From Octopus vulgaris (taxonomy: Eukaryota): a DNA stretch of 64,000 bases. Made by a program: the position numbers and the translations under genes. The stretch spans positions 49,290,001-49,354,000 of the forward strand of contig OX597827.1 of the NCBI GenBank assembly GCA_951406725.2, read 5' to 3'. Under the pieces are notes generated by a model. That model saw nothing but the letters and a program-made list of their open reading frames with translations. It was not told the DNA's origin and ran no database searches. Of this stretch, positions 53,366 through 64,000 are shown in pieces. Each line of letters begins with the position of its first letter. Position 1 is the stretch's first letter.

Positions 53366-54573
53366 ATCTAAGTTATATAATCAAAGAGCATGTACAGCTA
53401 ATCAGAAAGTAGTCGGTGCTATGATTTCTTTTTTTATGTTAATTATAGAAAGAGGAAGGAATAGAATTGAAATATATCAGAAAGAGAAAACAGAATATTT
53501 ACAAATTAACCACAATTCAAACTAATTAACGATAGCAGCTGTTTTGTTGTAAAATATCTACCAATACAACATAAAGTATGTGTATTAGTGGAACAATTGG
53601 ATAAAATTTCTTTGTAGAATTTCTGAAGCATATCTTGTAACTTTCTAACACAATATCTCAATAAAAGGATTTTTCCTGGCGTTTCAATGACACTCATCCA
53701 TTACACATATTATATTAATGGAGCTTTTACTACAATATTATCTAGGGAGATTGAACGAAATTGATCGAGAAATGAGGAGAATGAAGGTAATATAAGAGAC
53801 AATGAGAAATGCAAGAACAGAAAAGGGTAGAAGTGATAGAGTGCGGGATAGTGAGAGGCACAACGAAGGAGATAACAAACGACAGACAGTTATAATTAAG
53901 TAGATAGAAACCAAGGAGACACAACTTCTTCGTTTGGCCTATTGGGCTCCCACAATTGTTTGCTATCTAGAATATGCCATTGTTAATGGCATTTAGCATA
54001 CACCTTAATATTTTCAGCAAAGTAATTTACACACATCAATTTCCGTAGCGGTTATCTAGTGTCATGTTTACTATCGGACGTAAGTTTGATAACAAGTAGT
54101 ATGTAAGAGATGCTGCCATCTGCCATCAACTTCTGAGATGCTGCCTTGTGATTATGTCATTAATTTAGGGATTACATCACACTCTCGTACTTGTGTGTGT
54201 TTGTGTTTGTGTTTGTGTGTGTAGAGAGAGAGAGAGAATGCATAGGTTTCGGTAGCATTCTGCTGTGAATCGCATCATACAAAAGTAATTATGAGGGATA
54301 AATTACATAAGGCTTGTATAAAATATGCCTGATTGCAATAGTTTGGAACACTTTCTTCGGGCCTGATCAAACTCTGGGTTCTGTATGGCCAAAGTGCTAA
54401 ACATTTCGCTTCGTAACCTCAGCAGCTCCAGCTCTTCCTAGTTCAGTTTTTCTTTTACAAATAATCCGCCCCACCACCACCACCGCCATTTCAATTTGTT
54501 GCGCCATACATATATATCTACATTGGATAGGAAAGTTGGAAGAATTTGCCGTCGTCGTTATTGACGACTAAAA

Positions 54574-54790
54574 AGGTATCGAGCTGGTGCAATCGTTAGC
54601 GATTCGTACAAAACGCTTAGCGGTATTTCTTTCAGCGGCTCTTTACGTTCTCGGTTCAAATTCCTTCGAGGTCTATTTTACTTTCAATCGTTTTGAGGTC
54701 GACGAAATAAGTACCAGCCGAATATAGGACTTGATGTAATCAGCTTACCCTTTCCCTTAAAACTGCTGGCTTTGTGCCAAAATTTGAAGT
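54574..54790 (+). mobile_element. SINE family A copy
   Basis: GAGCTGGTGCAATCGTTAGC...GGTTCAAATTCC...AATAAGTACCAG...TGTGCCAAAATTTGAA. Confidence 0.8.
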
Positions 54791-57489
54791 TTTTATTGAC
54801 GACCAAAGTCCGGCTTCTTTATTGCAGAATAAACTAGTTAAACATTTTTGGGTTTTATTAGTTTCCGAAATCATTGTCTTCCTCTTAAAATTCTCTATTC
54901 ATATCCAAGGTCTCTCAACATTGATTTAACCCACTATAGCGACATTTGTATATAAGTTACAACCTGTCAAAAAGACACACGATGTGTTCTTAAACCAGTC
55001 ACTTCATTCCACGTTGATCCAATCTACTCAGTCATAATAAGTATACCGAAATGTCCGTCTGGCTGTGGTATCCTTGATGCTCTGTTGGGTGATGAACGAG
55101 AGGGAGTCAATGCCTGTATCTGAGTATATGGGCACCTAAAGTAATTAGTGAAAGTTTGATACATGCTAACATATATTTGCTTGCAGAAGGCATCTGCAGT
55201 GTTTAGTGGGAGAGATATGCATATATGAATGTCTACATGTATGTATGTTTGTACATTATATGTGTGTGTGTTATCGTCATTGTAATATCAACAATAAAAG
55301 GCACGAAATTGTAAGTATTTTTTTGAACGTTGACTGATGAATGAATTAGCTACGAATTTTCTGTTTGTTATGTTTTTGTTAAATTATCCGTTTGCTGTGT
55401 TTTGGTTAAATCTTTGAAATATTATTTATGTAACGCTATGCACTCCTTATTTTAACACACACACACATATATATATATGTGTGTGTTTGTGTGCATATAC
55501 ACGTACATGGAAATTCGTGCACACATACAAATACATACATGTGTATATACATATCTATGGAAATGCATGCAAATCTGAATATATATATATATGTCCACGT
55601 GAGTGTGTTCTTGCAAGCCAAAAATTGTAAGTCAACCGGAAGAACAGACCGAGAAGTGTCGTTGCATAGCAGTACTGTATAACATTATATGATCACACAA
55701 TGATAAATGCTTGCGAAAATGCACAGTTGTAGAAGAGATGCAAGTAGTTCTAATTGTCTGCCATATTTCGCTTACTTTGTTGTCTTTACTGTGTCTGTTG
55801 TTGTTGTTATATTCGTGGCAGTAATGGCCTCGTTCTTCATAGTATATTTACTTCAGGTTATTCTTCTCTAGACAAAAATACATAGAGAAACAATATATTC
55901 CGAAGACGAACAGATTTTGTTCGTCGTACGTTTTTTTCTTTTATAATTCATAATGTTATATACTTATTGGTGTTGTTGCTTGGATGTTTATTTCTTTACT
56001 GTTGTTGTTTTGTTTGTTTCTTTGTGGTTTTTGTCTTTTCTTTTGTTATTTATGTGTTAAAATTCTATGCGTGACGTGGAAGAGGTTGGAACAATTTGCT
56101 TATTATCGAAAAGACAATTAAGTTTTTTTTTTTTCTTTTTCTTTTTTTCTTTCTATTTCATTTCTTTTGATGCGACCTTTGGAAACATGGAACTTTTGCG
56201 ATAAGATAAGAAAGATAAAGACTGCAGCAGCAGCAGCAACAGCAGCAGTAGCAGTGGCAGATAAAACGAAGCATTTATTGGCTTCGCAAAGCTACTAGGA
56301 AAAGAGTTTTGAAAAATAAAGAAAAAAGTAAACGAAGAAAAAAAAACAAAAAAGGTAAACGTAGCTATTTATTCTTTGATGTTAGCATAAATTATATACT
56401 TGTGTGTGTGTATGTGTGTGGATATTCATTCACTGAAACTCACAGACGTGTGTGTATGTGCGCCTGCCTTTGTCTCTTGCAATAATTGACAGTTCAATAA
56501 AGCGCCATTGTACATATCTTATCATGTGAAAATGTGTTAAGGTTGAAGAAAGTGCATCAGCTGTAAACACTAAAATATTGCGCCAAAAACATTGGCAGTG
56601 GAATGCCAGAAACAGAAAGACGTAAGACTAAATTGCCTGGTAGTATTTTGTAGAAACAGCTTTATGTTCCGAGTTCAAAACCCTTTGGGGATTAGTAACA
56701 AACACGATTCAGTTGATAAATAATGCGCTTCTAAAGAAATTATCGTGGCTTTTTGCCAATCTAAAAACGAATCATTGGTTGTTACAAAGATCACTGATAG
56801 AAAACATAACATGGGTGTTTTGCCTACCACAGGATCCAAAGTTTGGTGTTTTGTTTGCGTGGAAGATTAAAGGCTGCATAAAACCAACTATTTGACTTGT
56901 TCTTTTTTTTATCAATCTTGCGAATGATGAAACGAAAACCAGCTTTAGCATGGGTCATTTTTTTTTCGTAGAGGAAGAAAGGTATTACCTTTCTTTTTTC
57001 TTTCAGAGCCTCCGAGATTGATGATAGAAAGGAAGTTACGCTCAGTGCAAAACCTGGCTCGAATGCTTACCACACACTGGGCTCCACTAATGACACTATG
57101 GGACTAGGTGAGGATGTTAAAGTGGTTGGCAGACTAAATCTTTTATCCATGAGCATGAACAACCTCTTGGAAGGCATTTTATACTGTATCTACAAAATCT
57201 CACTCACAAAGTTTCGGTTGGACCGCGGCTATGTTAGACAGCACTTGGCCAGAATGCATCGCAATGTGATGGTAGCTGAAACTATGTAGATGCGAATGAC
57301 GCGTGCTGTTAATCACAGGACCCTGTCTGAACCGAACAAGACAAGATTGAATTATGTACTTCGTTTAGTTTTGTATTCTACCATTGACTACCAACTCCCC
57401 ATTCCTTTACAACCGATTGGAAGGAAGAATTATTTTTTCAAACGGAAAATATTAAAGATTTTCTTATGAATTTCTTGTGCGGCGGTCGA

Positions 57490-57830
57490 AGGAGATTTAA
57501 TCAGAAAACATGTTTCTTTAATTTTGACCTGAAGTTATGTTTTGAACTTAATTCTACTTTGATCCGAGATTATACTTTCATATTAAATCATATTTTGATC
57601 CAACTGTGTTTTTTTGTTTTAACGTCTCACTTTGATTTAAGACCATTTGCGGATCTGAAATTGGTTTTGATCCGAAACGAGTTTAATCTAAAATAATTTA
57701 TTGCTCTAAAAATATTATTCATTTGGAACTATGTTTTGATTGGAAACTGCGATTTGACCTGAACCCGTGTTTTCAAATGAAGTCACGTTTGATCTGAAAC
57801 CGTGATTCGAGTAGCAACCATGTGCTGAAA
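57490..57830. repeat. Decayed 18-bp tandem repeat (consensus about TTTGATCTGAAACYRTGT)
   Basis: Successive units TTTTGACCTGAAGTTATG, TTTTGAACTTAATTCTAC, TTTGATCCGAGATTATAC, TTTCATATTAAATCATAT; phase resumes at 57730-57810. Confidence 0.7.
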
Positions 57831-58477
57831 CCCATATATTATTGTATTTTGATAAGGGAACTAATGGTCGTTTATTTAAACATTTGCTTCATTAATTGTA
57901 ACTCGTCTATTTGTTTTGCATAATTAATATTCATTTGCGTGTTAACTCATTCGGAAAATGAAATGAATGCGGATGGCTTGTGCTCTTGTAGCTACATAGA
58001 ATTAAGATGAACTGTGTATGTTGCCAAGCCTCTAGTATCAGTGACTCTTGGGACTATACCATTCAGCTGTCATGATCAGAGAGCTCGTCACTTCAATATG
58101 CTTGATTTATGAATCTATGATTCAGTGAATAGTCAATAATATTAAAGCGTTGTGACGTTCGTCTAACACTTTCTCCTTGAGGTCCCTCCAACCCCACTAC
58201 CATCAGTTCCTTATTTATAATATTCATTTCCGAAAGACTTAGCTACTGTCTCGTTTGTATTTTTTTGGTTGTTTTCTGTGAATATTCACTTTAGTATCCG
58301 AAGTTATTTGGTGTGAGTATGGTTTGTTGTAAGTGTCCGTCGAGAAAGTACTCAAATTATGAAGCAGAGTATACGTCGAAAAGTTTTGATGCTCAATAAC
58401 TAATTAAAAAAATTATATCTAATAACCGTTGACTAATTAAAGGAAATATATGTAAACTGGCAGAAATATATGTAAAC

Positions 58478-58632
58478 GGGCATTTCGTCCGTCTTTACGT
58501 TCTGATTTCAAATTAACCTGGGGTCGATTTTGCCTCTCATCCTTACGGAGTCGATAAAATAAGTACCAGTTATGCACTGGGGGTCGATGTAATCGACTTA
58601 CCCCTTCCCCCTTGTGCCAAAGCCTGAATCCA
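58478..58632 (+). mobile_element. SINE family A, 5' truncated
   Basis: GGCATTTCGTCCG...GAGTCGATAAAATAAGTACCAGTTATGCACTGGGGGTCGATGTAATCGAC. Confidence 0.85.
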
Positions 58633-58679
58633 ATATATTTAATAATACGTAATATCAATTGACTAATAAAATGTAATAT

Positions 58680-58935
58680 GGAGGTGTGTGGCTTAGTGGT
58701 TAGGGTGTCAGCATCAAGATCGTAAGATTGTGGTTTCGATTCCTGGACCGGGCGACGCGTTGTGTTCTTGAGCAAAACACTTCATTTCACGTTGCTCCAG
58801 TCCACTCAGCTGGCAAAAATGAGTAACGCTGCGATGGACTGGCGTCCCGTCCAGCTGGGGAATACATACGCCATAGAAACCGGAAAACCGGGCCCATGAA
58901 CCTGGATAGGCTTTAAAAGGGCGCATTTATTAATT
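58680..58935 (+). mobile_element. tRNA-derived SINE, head B + body B + tail Y, with 12-bp TSD
   Basis: A box TGGCTTAGTGG, B box TTCGATTCC; TSD AAATGTAATATG at 58669-58680 and 58936-58947. Confidence 0.92.
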
Positions 58936-59006
58936 AAATGTAATATGATACAAAACGTTATAAAAGCCAACATAAAGGGAATGATACGTAATAATACTTA
59001 TTAGCT

Positions 59007-59331
59007 TAGGAACACTGTTGGTAACGACGATGAGGGTCTCAGCTGATACGATCAACGGAACAGCTTTCTCGTGAAATTAACGGGAAAATGTTTGAGCACA
59101 CCCCAGACACGTGTACCCTTAACGTAGTTTTCAGGGAGATACAGCGTGACACAGTGTGTGACAAAGCTGGCCCTTTGAAATACAGATACTACTCATTTTT
59201 GCCAGCTGAGTGAACTGGAGCAACGTCAACTAAAGTGTCTTGCTCAAGGACACAACGCGTAGCAGGGAATTGAACACACAACCTTACGATCATGAGCCGA
59301 ATGCCCCTAACCACTTAGCCACGCGCCTTCA
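59007..59331 (-). mobile_element. tRNA-derived SINE, head B + body B + tail X
   Basis: Reverse-complement homologue of 36632-36954; flanks ACTTATTAGCT / ACTTATTAACT. Confidence 0.9.
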
Positions 59332-60243
59332 ACTTATTAACTAATAAAAAAAGAATAATATAAATGCCTAAATTAATAAAAGAGAATAATACGTAACAAT
59401 ACGCTTGTTTAATTGCTAAAAACGATTTGACTAATACACAAATTAATTTGAAGAAAGATTCCAATCAACTTTTATATATTTCATTACGTTTCCTTTGTAA
59501 AGTTGAATATCAACAACATGGAACTTGAGGAAAGTTTAAAGAAAAAATGATTTCTTTTCTGATTGCATTATATTTCATTAAAACTCAATAAGTGGATAAG
59601 CGCAAAAGAAATACACCTAAAGTAGTAGTTTTCTTAAGTATCAAGATCATATTTTGACATTATGGATTCCTTTACTGGTTCCTAAAAGCTCTGTACTTTT
59701 TAGGGAGAGAAAATGGTAAAAGAGACATAAAAACTGATCGATTTCTATAAATAAATGCAGTAGGATTCTTGACTTTGCGTGTCAGAGTTCTTTTTCCTCA
59801 ATATTCAAAGTCACAACTAGATCTGGTTTAAAATAGGAAACTAAAACAAAAACATTCATCGTGTTGGATTTTGGAATATTCCCTAGACATACACACACAC
59901 ACACACACACGCACATCCTTAATCTCTAATCTCTAGTATTTATTAGAATTGGAACTCAGCACAGAAAAGGCCGTAACTTAGGTCAGCTTTGGCATTGATT
60001 ATTCCAGAGGCGATACAAAAGCAGAAATCAACTATTCAGATCAATTGACTCAACATTTCTTTTAACATAATGTTACGTCAATGTTGAAAAAGCATTACAC
60101 GCTCTGTTATTGATGGCAGTGATGGAGATTATAGAAACGGTAAAATTCCACACCTCACAGTTTGCAGGAATTACACACATCCTAAGTTCAAATTCTAGCG
60201 TTCATTTAGTCTTCCTTCCACCATTTCGGGGAGGATAAAAATA

Positions 60244-60495
60244 TTAGGTTGGTGCATCATTATTGCGACTTTTTGTCAACATATTTTATTCAACAGAAAA
60301 AATAACAATATTTAGCAACAACATCTTTAAATGACGGCCTGACCGTCTGCCAAGCAAATGGGAAGCAGTAATTGAAGTAGATGGTGAATATGCTCCGGAA
60401 TAAACATTTAAGGATGTTTTTGTTACATATTGTTATTGATTTTTGCTGAATAAAATTTGTTGAAAGAAAGCCGCAATAATTATGCACCAGCCCAA
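60244..60495 (+). mobile_element. Internally deleted mariner element nested in a SINE A copy
   Basis: TIRs TTAGGTTGGTGCA..ATTATTGCG / CGCAATAATTATGCACCAGCCCAA with TA duplication. Retains the transposase C-terminus DRLPSKWEAVIEVDGEYAPE*. Flanks at 60180-60243 and 60498-60570 are SINE A. Confidence 0.9.
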
Positions 60496-61889
60496 TAATT
60501 GCCAGTGAAGCATCGGAGTCACTTAAATCAACTCTGCTTTTTCGCAACAAATTGCTGGGTTTTTGCCTAACATAAAATACATTAATATCAACTTTGTCAT
60601 CATTATTCATCATTCCCATCGATATATATTTTCACCGTCGCCGCCCTATTTATTGTTAGACTTTAGTCACCGTCTTTCCTGGTTCGCTTTGCTTTGCTTC
60701 CGTTTGCCTCTGCTTCCGGTAGTAGCCCTTTCTGGTCGCCATGTTGTTGCTACCATTACTTTCGCTGTCCTTTTTGAATATCAGCTCAACAACACGTGAC
60801 GTTGTTGTTGGCAACGGCGATGATGGTAACAACTTGGTGTCGAGAAGTGGGTAATGTAGCATTGATGCACGAAGGCAAACTAAAACCTTAAACGTGTGAA
60901 GCAAGGAGGTGGAAGAACTAGCCAACGAGTGAATATATAGTAAATAATGGATGATGAATGTACCAGGCAGTGAAGGCCGCGATGACGGACATTAATGGGT
61001 GATGGATGCGAGTTGAGCAGCATCTTTTGAAACTCAACTACCACATAGTCTCTGGGCTCACATCCACATCAAAATTGGAGAAGGAAAAGAAAGGGTTCAA
61101 CGTTCACAGTCTGTCCATTACCATCTCACGCTATCATCATGATTCGTTGAGAGAAAAAGATCGATATAGGAAGAAAGACGACTTTAGCAATGGCTACCAT
61201 TATACAACAGCAACGGAGACAAACCAAAATACGGATATGTTGAGCATGGTAGTCGCAGTTAGAAAGAAGAGCGATAAAATAAGTCACAGCAAGTGATGGT
61301 TAATGTTAATGCCATAACCTTCATCATCATCGCTTTCATCGTTAGCATCACCACAGTTATTATCAACAACAACATTCCTACACGCCAATGTTTTAACCGC
61401 TAAGTGGTCCCTTGACCTGCTTGAGATAGCAGCTGCCAGATCTCTCAGATCATTCACCAACATCTCAAAGAAAGACACATTGGCCTAAGCAATACTACAT
61501 TCACCAAAAAACGTCCCAGCTGGAATGATTTTGATCACTGGTCAACCCGTCCGCCTAAGGCCTGAGACTAAACAACAACAGCATCGTTGCTATTATCATC
61601 TCACCGTCGCTATAGACATTGTTGTCACCAACATTATGATCACCAAAGCAATGAAATACAGCGATGCTTAGCGGAAAGAAACTGAAACGCTGATGTTTCT
61701 GTCTCTCAAGTCAGTTGCCATCTTGTTCATTCGGAACTGCTGGAAAGCAGAGGAAGACTTTTGTTGCATGCATAGATTCCGCTTCTCTCCGGTGATTTCT
61801 GATGAACTAAATTCTCTTGGCTAACTGATGTAACATCATTATTGACCAACTTTATGCTCTGAATTCAATTCCTGCCGAGATCAACTATA

Positions 61890-62480
61890 GTGCAAAATCT
61901 CCCTTTACTAGCTAGAGACCCAAAAATGAACAACATCCTGAAAACGCATAAACTCATCAAATGCAAAAAGCAACACATCGCTAAAGAGACTTCTAACAAA
62001 TGCGAAGCTTTACATAACAACCACAAAACCAACGGTTAAAAAATGTGAACGTCCAAAATATGGAACATGATGCAAACCAACTTGAAGGCTCAGATTTCCT
62101 TTTCAAACACGGAGAAAGGTTCGCAATTAAAACCAATTTCACTTGTGTCTCTGAGAACCTAATTTATGTAATAACCTGCTCGGGTTGTGGACATCATTCT
62201 ATAGGACAGACGAGTATGACATTGAGACGGGGAACGACTCTACATTGAATCATTCACTCATAAATTTCACACACAACATGGATCAAAAAATTTCTTCTTA
62301 AGAAAATACGTATTTAAATAAATTTTAATGTCATGAATAGCGAAAGCGAAACCGGTCGACAAATATAATACAAGATATACTAAAAATTATATTAAAACTA
62401 TGTAAAGTGTGTGAATTTTCCTTCTTTAATTTCTTATATGTATTACAACTCACCACGTTGGGATAATCGAAATTCCTCCT
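61890..62480 (+). mobile_element. Penelope-like retroelement remnant: linker, GIY-YIG endonuclease, 3' region
   Basis: Frameshifted VQNLPLLARDPKMNNILKTHKLIKCKKQ / SLKRLLTNAKL...VKKCERPKYGT*C / FAIKTNFTCVSENLIYVITCSGCGHHSIGQTSMTLR (GIY-YIG signature). Confidence 0.88.
62329..62361 (+). ncRNA. Minimal hammerhead ribozyme-like motif with A3-U8 core
   Basis: TGTC-ATGAATA-GC-GAAA-GC-GAAA-C-CG-GTC-GACA: stem I TGTC/GACA, GNRA-capped stem II, palindromic ACCGGT stem III, GUC triplet. Confidence 0.65.
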
Positions 62481-62489
62481 TGTCTATAT

Positions 62490-63213
62490 ATAGTTGAACT
62501 TTACAGAAAAACAAAAGACGAAGACAGGTGTATTAGTTTGACGCTCGAGAAAGTGAAAAAGTTTCTTCCGTTTCGAGCATACGCTCTTCAACAGAAAGGA
62601 ATCAGAGAAAATAAACTGAGAGAATAAAATAACTTGTGGATTTAGTAGTCAAGCATGGTGACTGGTTAGAAAAAAGAGGCTTGACAAGAGAAGTTGAAAG
62701 GGGAGATAATAAACTATTAGTGATCTCAAAACGAAGGTGCGCATGCGATTGTGTATATGTGAAAATGTGTAAGTGCGTGTGTATGGATAGGAGCTAGTGA
62801 CTGACGCGTGTGTAAGCGTGTGCGTGGGTAAGTGTGTGTGTCTGCAACGTGTGGGTGTGTGGATGATGGTGTGGGTGTGTGGATGATGGTGTGGGGTGTG
62901 GGTGTGTGGATGATGTGATGTGAGTGAGCGGATGAGGGTGTAGGGATGTGGGGTGAGGTTAGGGTTTGGGGTGGGGCCGGGGTGGTACCAATGAAGAGTG
63001 GAAGTAGGTGTCAGATGGAGAGAGGAGAGTTGAGTCTATGTGGCGCAAAAGAGCAATGAGAGATGATTAATTCCTGTTCACGGCGAAGGCAGAAGTCGGA
63101 ATGGCCCCTGTGCAAAGACAATCCGATCATAGAGAGGTGTTGTAATAAATGACCGGTAGAGCAGAAATGGCGCGAGACAGGGGTGTTATTACCGAGTCTG
63201 ATGTCTCGGAAGT
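62490..63213 (-). mobile_element. Penelope-like element 3' part: GIY-YIG C-terminus, 3' UTR and hammerhead-like motif (about 62563-62598)
   Basis: RDIRLGNNTPVSRHFCSTGHLLQHLSMIGL...RREQELII...APHRLN matches the PLE 'PV.RHF...GH...RE..LI.....P.GLN' motif; CTTT-CTGTTGA-A-GAGC-GTAT-GCTC-GAAAC downstream. Confidence 0.85.
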
Positions 63214-63243
63214 ACACACACACATATACATACATACATACAT

Positions 63244-63316
<73 letters not shown>

Positions 63317-63317
63317 T

Positions 63318-63651
63318 TTGACAGGCTTGTTTCAGTTTCCGTCTACCAAATCTACACACAAGGCTTTCATAGGACCGAGTTTATACAAGTCACTTGTCCG
63401 GGGTGTCACTCAGTGGAACTGAACCTGAAACCATGTGGTTGGGAAACAAACTTATTACCACATAGCCACGCCTTAGTTCAGCTGATGGACTCCAATATAG
63501 TTTATGTCCACCAGATTTCACACCAAATGCTTTAGTCTCTCCGAGGCTGGGATAGAGAAGACCTGCCCAAGAAGACGTACGTCGCGTGATTGAACTCAGT
63601 AACCACATAGTTGCAACGCGAGCTTCTTAACCACACAGCCATACTTGTGCC
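63318..63651 (-). mobile_element. Two degenerate SINE family B head/body copies
   Basis: TTTCAGTTTCCGTCTACCAAATC...GAAACCATGTGGTTGGG...CACATAGCCACGCC; a second unit ends AACCACACAGCCATAC. Confidence 0.75.
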
Positions 63652-64000
63652 CATTGTAAAAGTGCTGTTGTTATTGTTGTTGTTTTTTATTGTGGTGGTG
63701 GTGGAGGGGTTACTATTGAAGTGGCTCTGTTAAAATGAACCTTACTGCCTGGAGTGAGTCGATTGACTTTTAACAGTGGAACCTTAAGATTCAACACAGA
63801 GAACAAATCTATTGAAGATGATGATGATGATGATAATTCTGCTGTCTTTGTAGGTTTAGTTGTTGCTATTGATGTCGAGGTTTTAATTGTTTCTTTTGTT
63901 GTTGTTGTTGTTGTTGTTGTTCATTCGCTACTATGTAATTAACTTTCATGCTGCCTAATTAAATCATCCATCTTACGAAACCTACAGACTTCAAGGAATC

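Noticed and set aside
55906-55940. Hairpin GACGAACA/TGTTCGTC followed by a T-run, terminator-like
   Set aside because: Eukaryotic context, short stem, expected by chance.

Overview
AT-rich, microsatellite-dense animal genomic DNA. I can support no intact protein-coding gene. The interspersed repeats look like cephalopod (octopus-type) families; that is recognition from memory, not a database result. The long ORFs in the track are artefacts of (TA)n/(TG)n/(TATG)n/(GATA)n arrays or low-complexity tracts. The window is a transposon graveyard: several tRNA-derived SINE families with visible head/body/tail shuffling; Penelope-like element (PLE) remnants with RT, linker and GIY-YIG motifs; two Helitron derivatives, one keeping a RepHel N-terminal fragment and carrying two related MITEs; mariner, hAT and CACTA-ended miniature elements; and LINE fragments. 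The most interesting signals are (i) at least seven minimal hammerhead-ribozyme-like motifs at probable PLE termini with systematic non-canonical cores (U4C, A6Y, and a compensatory A3-U8 pair), (ii) a decayed 26-bp tandem array built around the palindrome GCGCATGCGC, split by SINEs, (iii) recurrent unique-sequence palindromes centred on (TA)n tracts, and (iv) a full 2x2 body/tail matrix among SINE copies. Coordinates of degenerate repeats are approximate.
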